Assembly: GCF_009834535.1 (NCBI RefSeq)
Contig: NC_045697.1
Location: 30,382,001-30,446,000, forward strand
DNA from: Camelus ferus
Taxonomy: Eukaryota
Reading direction: 5' to 3'
Length of the DNA: 64,000 nt
The position numbers were made by a program, and so were the translations under genes. Of the stretch, positions 12,187-23,639 are shown in pieces. The first letter of the stretch is position 1, and every line of letters starts with the position of its first letter. Below the pieces are notes generated by a model. It saw only the letters and a program-made list of their open reading frames with translations. It did no database searches and had not been told where the DNA came from.

Positions 12187-13719
12187 GTAAATATTTTTTA
12201 TATTACAGGTGATATATTGTGCTACTTAAATAATTCCCTAGTATGTGGGGACTTTCCTTTATATCATTGGATAATTATAAACCAATATATTGTTAAATGT
12301 GAATTTCATGCTAACCATTTGTTTATATTTCTCTGAGTTAGAAATTTCTCTTAATTAGAAATAAAAAAGGCTACTAATAGAACATTTCTGTAATGCTCTA
12401 AACCCTTCTAGCTGTGCCTTAATAAATTATACAGCTACTCAGTGCTTTAAGTTCTTTACTATAAAGATATTGATAATATTTATCCTAGTGACTTCACAGG
12501 TTTAAGGTAATATATGAGAGAGAACTTTAATAAACTCTAAAGTTCGAAATAAATATGTATTGTGTGTGGCTCATGTTCATTTGTCTTTTTCCACTATTAG
12601 TGCCAATGATAATTGTTGTTACTTCCCTGTTTCCTTGACTATAGTTTCTTCCATCCTCATTTTGGTAGCTAGTTAAATGTTTTGAAAACCAGTGCAGTAC
12701 AGGTTGATAAGAAGCAGAAAAATCATTTTATTTTTATTTTCTAAACCAAAAGAACCATTCAGTATGAAAAGACTCAATTTCTGAGGTTGGAATTCTCTTG
12801 GAATGGTACTTACTCCATTCTTACCTGTTTGTCCTTGCATATTTAAAATAATTTTAGGTGATGAGCTTTCACAGTTCTGTAGTATTTCTTAGAATATTCT
12901 GAAATATGAATAGGCCTTTCTCATTTTGAATGTACATTTTAAGGTTAAGCCAGCATTCTTTGATGTTCGCTGTGATCCAAAATATTTCTAAACGTATTTT
13001 GATTATTTTTCTGGTTGACCTTATCATTTTGGACATTTCTAGAACTAAATGATTACTTAGCAAAATTTTAGGCTTAGGGAGAGTGACTTCATCAATAAAT
13101 AAGTCAACTTTTAATAAATTATTCTTTTTACTTAGTAATATAAACCAGTCAAATCAACCTTCTAAAATTTTTTTAGTTTCTCATTAATTTTTACTTAGTT
13201 GAATTGATTCATTTAAACTAAATGACATGCCAGGAAATAAATATTTTCCAGCTAATAATCCTATGATTTCTGTAGGCTTATTAATACATGTATACTTTTA
13301 AATAAAGATAATGATATAAATTTGGGTTTTTAAAAAGCAGTATTTGATTTTGAACTCTGTAATTACAAACTTCCTAGTGAAGTGTGTTTTACAAATGGGT
13401 CATTTTAAAAATTTAGTAGTACAGATAAGTTACCCATTTTTTAGTGTTATATTTTGACTAAATGTCATAAATAATCTAAATTGAAAATTATAGTGTAAAT
13501 TTTAGTAAAATATTAAGCATTAGTTTTTATCAAGCATTAAGAAAGTTAAAGTTAATATTGACATTTAGTCTTTGGAATAAAAAGATTTCTAATTATAAAA
13601 GCCTTGTGTCTAAAATTTATTATAAATATTTAAAATATAATATTTATTGATATCTGTTATATAAATATCAACTCATACATTCTTATTGGTTCTGGAAGAG
13701 AATAAAGCCCTAAAAACCT

Positions 13720-13897
13720 AAGGCAAACTGTAGAATTAGAATCACCTGGAGGGAATGAGAAGACACAGTGTACTAGACCCCACCTCCAGATTTCTAATTC
13801 AGAAGATCTCCAGTGAGACCTGAGATTTGTGTTTCTACCAAGTTCTTGAGTGTCATTGGTGTTACTGGTCAAGGGACCTCACTTTGAGAACCACTGC
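13720..13897. mobile_element. MER5A-like hAT MITE
   Basis: ttagaatcacctggaggg...gggacctcactttgagaaccactg terminus. Confidence 0.8.
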
Positions 13898-14476
13898 TGT
13901 AAGGTAGCCATTGTGTGCAATGAATTAACAACTTCTTCCACACGTGCTTGCGCGCGTGTTTGTCTGTCTGTCTGGAATGGTGCTAGCTATGTATCATTCT
14001 TGGTTGAATGAGATAAGAGGGACTCATATCATTTTTTTTGTATGGCTTAATTCTTTCACAGAACCTTTGTAAGAAAAAGATATAAAAATGGTTATTTCGG
14101 CTTTTTATCTTACAATTATTTTATCAACCTGGGATAGGAGATGTGCTACTGATACATAAAAAAGAAATGGACTTTTTAAAAAGAAATTGTTAATATGTGT
14201 ATCATGTCTCTAATCTAAAAATGCTCTGAACCCTCATCCGTGTGACCAGATACACGAAACAGGTCATAAATAAACTGCATGATACGCCTATGTAATATGA
14301 AGCAAGTTGTAGCATTCCTATTTTGTAGTATAGTCAGACTCTTAGGAGAAAGTTATTAAAGGAATTAGGAACGAATTTCAAGTACCTTGATTAACTAATG
14401 CTGGTTTTTTGCTCACTGAAGCTCATTGAAATAATAGAAAATGTTAATTTACTGAGTTTTTATGTGCTTTATTTAG

Positions 14477-14642
14477 GCAATCCACTGTATGACAGCCTAG
14501 GTTCTTTGGGTGTGGGCACCTTGTTAGGCGTGGTCTCAGCATTCCTCATCTACACTAACACAGAAGCACTCTTAGGGCGATCCATCCAGCCAGAGCAAGT
14601 ACAACGGCTTACTGAACTACTGGAGAACGACCCATCAGTAAG
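14477..14642 (+). CDS. SLC30A9: SLC30A9 coding exon (166 nt): (G)NPLYDSLGSLGVGTLLGVVSAFLIYTNTEALLGRSIQPEQVQRLTELLENDPSV(R)
   Basis: tttAG acceptor, GTCAGC donor at 14643; contained in ORF 14398..14688; carries an LxxLL (LTELL) motif. Confidence 0.97.
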
Positions 14643-15519
14643 GTCAGCTTATTCCAATGATGCTGTTAAGGTCACAAAAACATGTTAAGAAATAGACATG
14701 CTTGTCTTGTTAATACTTCCAGAAGAGATTTTGGATCCCTAGCCTTCAGAACTTTTTAATTGATTACTTTTCAGAATTGCAACTTTAAAAGAAAGCAAGT
14801 GAAAGCATTTTGGAAACTCCGTTTCCTTTTAAATTCTGTGCATCTTTAATTTTTAGAATAAGGAGTAGTTAGATGATTAACAGGAATAGAATTTTGTAAA
14901 GTATTTGTCTCTTTAATGTAGAACCACTTATGTGGAACCTTCGTATTTATATTTGCCTTATATCTGAATTTTAATTACAAATTAAATATATTAAACTTAA
15001 GAAGATTTTTATTCATGGGGGAGTCATTACCAAACTGAATATAATTTATAGTTAAAAATAGACTTTTGTTTTAGCTTATTTTAAAAATCTTCCCTTATGT
15101 TTCTTATTTTTAAATGATATAAAGAACTGAAGACTTAGGAGGTTATAAGAAGAGATGGAGAGTTCTAATAGGGCTTTTTAGTGAACTTCAGCAGCAGTGT
15201 AGTTTCAGAGTGAAGTGGAAGGAACAATCTTAAAATTCTAGTTTTCTACTACCTACCTACATATATATATGTACATTTATAAAACTTTAAAATAAGAATC
15301 TATTTTTCTCTTGTTATAATTAAAATCTGTTCGTTAAATCCTTTAAAAATGACTTGTATATGTGAATCAAAAGAACACATGATTAATTGATTACTAGATT
15401 TATATTTTAAGCCCTGTGTGTTTACTCTTAAAAGTAGTTACCTAGCTGGGTCAAGATTAGAAGCTGAGCATTCTTAGAATCAGTATTAGGCTTAGTAACT
15501 TAATGTGAGATAATCCATA

Positions 15520-16790
15520 TCAATATCCTTTCCTTGTGATGTCTTCGGTTTTGTTATCAAGGTAATACCATATGGAATGAGTTGGAAAATATATCCCCTT
15601 CTTCTGTTTTTTTAGAAGAGTTTGTGAAGAGTTGGTATTATTTCTTCTTTAGATGTTTGGTAGGTTTCAGCAGTGATGCCACCTGCGCATGGGCTTTTAT
15701 GTTCTTTAAATGTTTGGTAGAATTCAGCAGTGATGCTATTTGGGCATGAGCTTTTCTGTGTGGTATGTTTTTTGATTAATTATTCTGTCTCTTATTGTAG
15801 GTCTGTTCAGATTGTTTCTTCTTGTGTCAGTTTCAGTAGTTCATATCTTTCCAGAAATTTGTCCATTACTTCTAAATGGTCTAATTTGTTGGCATATGGC
15901 TGTTCCTAGTAGTCCTTTGTAATCCTTTATATTTCTTTAGGGTTAGTAGCAATGTCTCCTCTTTCATTTCTGATTCTAGTAATTTGGATCTTCTCTTTTT
16001 TTTTTTTCTTGGTCAGCCCAGCTAAAGATTTGTCCATTTTGTTGATCTTTTCAGAGAACTAGTTTTTGGTTTAGTTGATTTTCTGTTGTTAGTTTCTTCT
16101 CCTTTTCATGACTTGCTGCTCTAATTCTAATTTCCTTCTTTCTGCTTGCTTTAGGTTTAGCTGCTCTTTTTCCAGTGTCTTAAGCTAGTAGGTTAAGTTT
16201 TTGATTTGATATCTCTCTTTTTTTTAGTACAGGCTTTTACAGTTACAAATTTCCTTCTAAGTACTGCTTTACTGCATTCCTATAAATTTTGATATGTTGT
16301 ATCTTCATATTCATTCACTTCAAAGTATTTTTAAATTTTACTTTACATTTTTTCTTTGTCTATTGGTTATTTAGGAATGTGTTGTTTAATTTCCACATAT
16401 TTGTGAGTTTCTTAAATATCTTTCTGTTATTTCTAATTTCATTCCATTGTGGTTGCAGAACATTCTATTTATTATTTCTGTCCTTTTAAATTTACTGTTT
16501 TATGGCCTAGTATATCATCTATCTTGGATAATGTTCCATGTGTACTTGAGAAGGATGTCTATTCTACTGTTGTATGGAGTGTTGGGTGTATGTTAGACTT
16601 AGTTGGCTTATAGTGTTCAAGTTTTTTGTTTCCCTGTTGGTCTTCTTGCCTAGTTGTTCTGTTATTGAAGTCTCCAGCTATTATTGTTGAATTGCCTGTT
16701 TCTCGTATCATGTCTGTCACTTTTTGCTTCATGTATTTTGTTAACCTTTTATTAGGTATATGAACGTTTATAATTTTGCATATATTGTTT
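15520..16790 (-). mobile_element. Degenerate L1 ORF2 fragment (endonuclease region)
   Basis: ORF 16559..16837(-) contains NVHIPN...STIIAGDFN, the L1 APE-endonuclease GDFN motif; many stops and frameshifts. Confidence 0.88.
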
Positions 16791-16933
16791 ATAGTTAAAA
16801 TCTGAAGAAAGCTGTATATGGAAAGACTTACTGGCAAACTTGAAATTTTCTGGAAGGGTGAAGATCTGTAGATTGAATTGTTGGAGAAAATAAATGTTAG
16901 TAATCCAGAAAGTTCATATGGTTTTTCAAACCA

Positions 16934-17421
16934 TGTATTAGTTATCTGTTGTTTTATGACAAATTACCCCAAAACTTAGTGATTTAAAACAACATTTATT
17001 ACCTTACAGCTTCTATGGGTCAGGAATCCGGGCATGGTTTACGTAGGTCCTCTACTTCAGAATTTCTCACAGTCAAGGTATTGGCTGGGGCAGTAGTCAT
17101 CTCCTGGGGAAAGATCTGCTTGTAAACTTAACATAATTATTGACAAGATTTAGTTTCTTCCCAACTGGGGCTCTCCCAACATGGTAGCCTGCTAAATCAA
17201 AGTATGCATACTGAGAAAGAAATAGATACTGAATATGAACAAGATAAAAGTCACAGATTAGTCATCTAACCCTGGAAATAACATCTCACCATTTTGCCAT
17301 ATTCTGTTGGTTAGGAGCAAATCATTAGATCTAGCCCACACTGAAGGAGAGAGGACTGCACAAGGGCTGGAACGCAGGAGGGAAGGATCGTTGGGAGCCA
17401 TGACAGAAGCTGCCTATCATA
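16934..17421. mobile_element. MaLR solo LTR (MLT1-type)
   Basis: tgtattagttatctgttg...acaaattaccccaaaacttagtgatttaaaacaac...gggtcaggaatcc...agaagctgcctatcata. Confidence 0.8.
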
Positions 17422-18365
17422 ATTGTCTGCAGTTAGTTACATATAAGCATGTAAGGAAAAAGTGTATCAGAATATTTTCATTAGCTGCTATCTAAGTATT
17501 AGTCAAACAGTGAGATTTTTAAATATTTTGTTAAGACTGAGGTAGATACGCTTTTTTTAAATGAATTAATTATATAACCTCTTACCAATCTGGACAAGTT
17601 TCATTTCAACTTATGCATACATAACTTCATAAATATTAAATCATTAGTTCTTATTTTCATCTATAATTCTTTATTTATGTGGGTAAAGAATTTGGACACC
17701 CCGTATTTAGTAACTTGCTTAAGATCACTCACAAATTAGGGTCAGATGTTTTAAGAGTATTTGGAATCTCATTTAGGCTTGTTTTTCCAGTAGGAAATCT
17801 CTGTGCCCTCAGAATTCAGAGTGTTTTTTATTTTCTTTTGTATCCTGTAAAGAAAAGATGTTATATTGATTACCATAGAAAGAAAGGAATTTCTCAACAG
17901 TTTTCTAGGGAAGATTGACTCCTCAGGTGTAGGGCAGGAGGAATGGGAAGCAGTTGTGCTTGAGCATCTGCTTCCCTTTCTGGAAGGCAGAATGGTGTAA
18001 AGGAAAGACCACACTGGGTTTGGGTATCTGAAGATCTGGGATGAGTCTCTGCTCTTGACTAGACGAATTGCCTTAGGCAGGTCACTTATGCCCCCAGGAC
18101 TGTTTTATCGTAAAGATGCCATGTTAATCTATTTTATGAATGTCATTCATTAAGTGTCTACTGTATAGCTGGTACCATATTAAACTTTTTATATATGCTG
18201 GTTTGTTATTCCCCACATCAGTCCCATTAGGTAGTTATTGTTAACCTTACTCTAATAAGAGTACTTCACAGAGTTGTGTGATGACTTTTACAGAAGATAC
18301 TGACAACAGGAAAAAAGGATTATGAGATAAAGTGACAGTCTTTTGGAAAAGCAATTTAGAGTTGA

Positions 18366-18523
18366 TTTTTCTGTTTGTTTTTTAAATTTTTATTTTATTT
18401 TTTTATTTGGGGGAAGGCAGTTACGTTTTTATTTATTTATCTTTTAATAGAGGTACTGGGACTTGAACCCAGGACCTTGTGCATGCTAGGCATGCACTTT
18501 ACCACTGAGCTATACCCTCCCCC
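18366..18523 (-). mobile_element. tRNA-Ala-derived SINE (Vic-1-like) with TSD tagagttga
   Basis: gaggtactgggacttgaacccaggaccttgtgcatgctaggcatgcactttaccactgagctataccctcccc; TSD at 18357-18365 and 18524-18532. Confidence 0.92.
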
Positions 18524-18809
18524 TAGAGTTGACTTATTTTAATCCAAACTAATTAAATATATATATACAAATTACCATGAAACAATATTTGTTAAGTTTG
18601 TACCTTTGATAGTATTGTGTTATGCAGAGAAAGCTAAATGAACATTTGTTTGGAAAATGATAGGTGGCACTTAATGGTAAATACTCTGAAAGCCGTCTTA
18701 GTCCATTTTTGTCACTGTTGGAGAAAAATAAGAATTCTAGACTTTGTGCCATTAAAATTTAGGTGTATGTGTGTGTATATAAATTTTTATGCATTGTTAT
18801 TGATTGCAG

Positions 18810-18939
18810 GGCAATTCATGATGTTAAAGCCACAGATCTGGGATTAGGGAAAGTAAGATTTAAGGCAGAAGTAGATTTTGATGGACGAGTTGTTACAAGA
18901 TCGTATTTGGAAAAACAAGATTTTGACCAACTGCTACAA
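18810..18939 (+). CDS. SLC30A9: SLC30A9 coding exon (130 nt): AIHDVKATDLGLGKVRFKAEVDFDGRVVTRSYLEKQDFDQLLQ
   Basis: tgcAG acceptor, GTAAGT donor at 18940; contained in ORF 18763..18984. Confidence 0.97.
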
Positions 18940-19129
18940 GTAAGTTTATGTATTTATTTGATTTCGTATATAGCCAAGGGTTAGACAGATTACCTCTTAA
19001 GTAAATAAAATAAAACTATTTCATTTATAGGTCTTAAACTCACTTCAGCTTTCAACTTCTTAGGGTTCCAAAACTTGACAAAGACCCTTTTATTTACTGT
19101 AAAAGTGGTTCAGAGGAGATAACAGAAGA

Positions 19130-19345
19130 GCAAACTTATTATTAAAGTGATTGTTATGTGCCAGGTATTTTATATACGTTACCTAATTTACTCTCAACAA
19201 CCTGTGAGGTAAAGAAATATTTTCATATTATATTACATATATATATGTAAATCTAGACACAGAAAGATGAAGTAACTTGCCTAAAATTGCAGCTCCATAA
19301 TATGGAGTCAGTTATGAATTTAGATCTCTGACTCCAGAACCCATT
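19130..19345. mobile_element. MIR SINE
   Basis: tatgtgccaggtattt...aacaacctgtgaggta...aagtaacttgcctaaaatt...tctgactccagaacc. Confidence 0.75.
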
Positions 19346-19459
19346 TTTTTTATTAAGAGTACTTTAGAAGAAAATTGATGGAGGGTAATATAATAAACAG
19401 AGCAGATGTTACCACTTGCCTTTGTCAAATATTAATATTTTACTGTACTTGTATTTGCT

Positions 19460-20600
19460 TAGGATCTTTAAAAAAAAACAAAGAAATCATTACAAAAATA
19501 GAGCCCTTGTTTCTCCTTCTAGATCCCAGTCTCCTTCCTCCATCCACAGAACTAACAATTTTCTTGAATTTAGTACCTGTCATTTCCATTCAGGCTTTTA
19601 TATTTTTTAATGTATTTTTCTTAGCACAATATATAATAACATTTTAGATGTTTAAAAATTGATATAAATGGTTTAATGTCATATAATTCCCTCTATAATT
19701 TGCTTAACAGCATCTTTTTGAGATTCTTCCATGTTTATGTACATATATATACGTATATATGGACATGTTGTACATAACATGTCCACTTGATGGACAGTTA
19801 TATTGTTTCCATTGTTAAACTATTGGAAATCATGCCACAAGTAGCATTCTCATATGAGTTTCCTTGTTCGCATGTGCAAGAATTTCTTTAGGGTAGTACA
19901 TAGCTAGATTTAAAATAGGTGGGCCATTGGGTGAACATATCTTCAACAGATTTTGGCAAATTGTTCTCCAGACTGTGTCAGTTTAACTTCCACCATCAAT
20001 GTATGAAAATTTCTATTGCTTCACTTTCTTACTAGATTGTATTCATAGAGTTTTGAAATTTTTATCGTTATGATGGATGGGAAATAGTATCTTGTTGCTT
20101 TAATTTATATTACCCTGGTAGTAGTGAGGTTAATATGCATAGAAATGTATTGGACATTGGTATTCCCTCTACTTGCTTCTTTGTTTGTTTAATGTCTCAT
20201 ATTCTGACAGATTTGTAAGCATTTTATTTTTAACATACTGGTTACTAATCCTTTCTCAGTTGTGTATATGCAGATAACTTTCTACTTTGTGATTAGCATT
20301 CCATTTTGTTGTCGTATAAAAGATTTAATGCCATTTTTAATTTTATGTCAAATAGGCTTTTTAGTATCTTGCTTAGAAGACCCTTCCTTATCCCATTATC
20401 ATAAAACTATTTTTTCTTCTAATATTTTATGTTTTTGGTTTTTTTTTTTTTACCATTAAGTTTTCAGTCCACTTAGAATTATTTGTTTAACGGTCTGAGC
20501 TAGGGATTTAGTCTCTTTTTCCTATAGAAAATGAATTTCCCTGGCTATTCATTGAATAGTCTATTCTTTTCCCACTAATTTTGTAATGCTACCTCTGTGG
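19460..20600 (-). mobile_element. Ancient L1 (L1ME-type) 3' fragments
   Basis: gatggacagttatattgtttcca...tggcaaattgttctccag...ttccaccatcaatgtatgaaaatttctattgct. Confidence 0.65.
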
Positions 20601-20794
20601 AGCATTGTACTCAATTTTTTCTTGAACTGTGTTTTTTGGAAATAGGTGGTCTATAGTGCTTATGGCTTGAAAGTTTTCCATTTTTCATTAAACTTAATGG
20701 TGTTTGTTATAATTATTAAAAGAAATTATCAGTGTACCGCTGTGATTTTATTTTTAAGAATTTATTTTGTTTTCTGCTATCATTCTCTTTATAG

Positions 20795-20908
20795 GAAATT
20801 CAAGAAGTGAAAACTCCTGAAGAACTAGAAACCTTTATGCTTAAACATGGAGAAAATATTATTGATACATTAGGAGCTGAAGTAGATAGACTTGAGAGGG
20901 AACTGAAA
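20795..20908 (+). CDS. SLC30A9: SLC30A9 penultimate coding exon (114 nt): EIQEVKTPEELETFMLKHGENIIDTLGAEVDRLERELK
   Basis: ctctttatAG acceptor, GTAAGA donor at 20909; phase 0-0. Confidence 0.97.
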
Positions 20909-20939
20909 GTAAGATGTGTTCATTATAATAATGTAATAA

Positions 20940-21170
20940 CAGTATCAGCTATTTTTTGATTGCTTATCAGTGTTAGGCACTTTGCTAACTATATCACTTG
21001 TGTGTTTTTATCTTCTTAGTAACCCCATGATTTATTGGTAGTTATGGGTGAGAAAATGACTGGGTTAGAAAAGTTGGATAATTTACTCAAGGAAGTAGGG
21101 GACTTGGGATTTGAGCGTTTGTTCTTTGTTGTTCCATTCCAAATTCTGTGCTTGTAACCACTATTCTCTA
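20940..21170. mobile_element. MIR SINE
   Basis: tgcttatcagtgttaggcactttgctaac...taatttactcaagg...gggatttgag. Confidence 0.7.
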
Positions 21171-21797
21171 CTGCTTGCTTCGTTTCTAAAATAGAGGATT
21201 TTTGTTTGTTTGTTTGTTTGTCTTTAAATAAGAAGAATTTTAAAAGTTTCTAGAGAAAGGTAAAGGGAAACTTTAGACTGTTCAAAAGTTCAAAAAAAAA
21301 TAGAGTGTGACCTTAAACATATACATACGTCTTGCTTTAGTCCATCTGATGATATTTTTTTTTTCCATTTGATAGTATTTTATATTTTCTGTTTGTTTCT
21401 GTTCTGTTGGAGATCCTTACAACCTATTGGCTTTTTACTGAAATATTACCTTATCAGACTGCCTCTAAAAATGTCTCAGTATTCTCAAATTGTCATTTAT
21501 TGACATTTGAATTCTAATTGTTTACAATGAAAAAAACTTGTAAATGATCTTTAACATTTATAGCTTGTTGAAGGCAAAAATACATTTTCTTCAGTTGATG
21601 CTGATCATTCTTTAGTTTTGTTAAAAATTCAAGAGAAACAAAGACAAAACTTGAAGGAAAACATTTCTATCTCTATTTTATTCTTTAGAATCTAAATCTC
21701 TGATCTTATTAATAGAAGTGCTTCAAATAAGATGATTTTGTTAATGTAATATTATAGTTCATAGGCTTATTTGGCATGATTTTCAGAGTTTCTTGAT

Positions 21798-23639
21798 GAG
21801 CAATTCTCTAATATTTTGGTCTTAGGACCCTACATTCTTAAAAATTATTGAAGACCCAAAGAGCTTTTATTTTTTGGAATTATATTTATTGATATTTATC
21901 AAATTATAAATTAAAACAAATTTTAAAATATTGTATTCATTTAAAAAACATGATAAACCTATTATGTGTTAATATAAATAACAATTTGATGAAAAATAAC
22001 TGTATTTTCTGAAATGAAAATAGAAGAATGGTACTGTTTTACATTTTTGCAAAAATAAGACAGCTAGATTCCCATCTGTGCTTCTGCATTCAGTCTGTTA
22101 CCATATGTTGTTTTGGTTGAAGAATATGAAGAGGGAGGAGCCTTTGTAAGTATTCTTACAGCCTTTTCAGGTAATTGTGGTAGTCTCTTTTCATATTATA
22201 CCAAAACCTGACAACTAATAACCTCTTAAAGCTTAGTTGCGATATGAAATCTGAAACCATATCAATGAACTTTTCCTGTACTGTCTGTGAAGTAAGGGGG
22301 CACAATCCATAAGACCATCTTCATATCTAACACCAATTGCAAAGTTTGAGGGGTTCCTAAGACCACCCTCAGGTTTAATGATTCACTAGAAGGACTCACA
22401 TAACTTACTGTGTGGATATTGCAATGAAAGGATACAGATTAAAACTAGCCATGGGAAGAGGTGCATAGGGCAGTATTCCAAACTTGGAGTTTCAGTTGTC
22501 CTCTCCCCATGGAGTCGTGGACAGTCTTACTTTCCTGGTGAAGATGTATGACAATTTGCATGGAGCATTACCAACCAGAGAATCTCATCTGATCCTTGGT
22601 GTCCAGAAATTTTCTTGGAGTTCCATAGTTGACTGCTTGAGTGGCTGACCTTTCATCTCTGACCCCTTCTGGAGGTATAGCAGTTATTGTATGGCCAAAG
22701 ATAAACAAAGACATAATTATCAGGCAGGATATTCCAAGGGCCTAGAGATTACCTCCCAATAGTCAAGGGCAAAGGCCAGACCTCTCTTTGGGTATGATTA
22801 GTTCCCTCCCATATTCTAGTGTATTAAAATCTGTTGGTCTATCTTTGTACTCTGTCTGATTGGATCTTTCAACCCATGCATGATTTTGTAACATTATGAA
22901 TTGGTCATTTAGAAAATAGTGGTTCACTGAATCTATGCACATCATTCTAATGTTGATATGGTACTAATTATTGGGAAGCTGTCAGGCTCAAGATGGTGGA
23001 TGTGAGTTTTCCAACGTTCTAATTTTCACTTTAAGGCTTGCATTTTATCACTAGCAGCAAACACTGTTAATTGTTTTCCTTGAAGTAGTAGATGCATTCA
23101 TTTCTTAAGAAGATGCCTGTCAAATTTGAATAACTGTAGTTTGTTACTCTTTCAAGTAAAAATGGTGTTCCAGTAAAAAACATCTGATTCAGCTCATAAG
23201 TCAGGCAATCACAGTGGTGCTTTTCCTTGTGACAACATCAGACTTCAGTGTGAAGCACTAGGGCTTCATACATATTCCCATTTTGTCACAGAATATTTTT
23301 TAGAGTGTTTTCAAGGGTTGAGGTATAGTAAATCAGTACTTTTTACTACTTCATGAAGGACATTTTAAAGTGAAACTGGCTTAAAAAAACCAAAACTGAG
23401 TGACTGGCAGTAAAGGAACACAATGACTATAGTTTAGTTTGGTGCCAGTCACCTTGAGTTGTGTGACGGGGTCAGCAGTTTTACCCACTATTGCTTTTAT
23501 GCCACCAGAGGAAACGTCAGCATAGTAAAAAGGCGAAAAACATCTTAGTGTACTTAGGAAAACTGTTTTGACCTTGGAGTACCCCTTGAAAATGTCTTAG
23601 TACCCCAGTGATCCTTGGACCACAGTTTGAAAACCACTG
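21798..23639. mobile_element. Charlie1-type hAT DNA transposon with both ends, interrupted by an LTR
   Basis: Start ttggtcttaggaccctacattcttaaaaattattgaagacccaaagagc; end ggaccacagtttgaaaaccactg; 8-bp flanks ttcttgat / ttctaaat. Confidence 0.82.
22286..22812. mobile_element. MER21-like LTR nested in Charlie1
   Basis: aagaccaccctcaggtttaatgattcactagaaggactcaca...caaaggccagacctctctttgggta. Confidence 0.75.

Noticed and set aside
13940..13975. cacacgtgcttgcgcgcgtgtttgtctgtctg CpG / alternating purine-pyrimidine patch
   Set aside because: Looks like a decayed (CA/TG) microsatellite; too short to call regulatory or Z-DNA.
14398..14688. ORF-track entries 14398..14688, 18763..18984 and 55530..55763 as standalone genes
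   Set aside because: They are SLC30A9 or BEND4 exons plus flanking intron read in frame.
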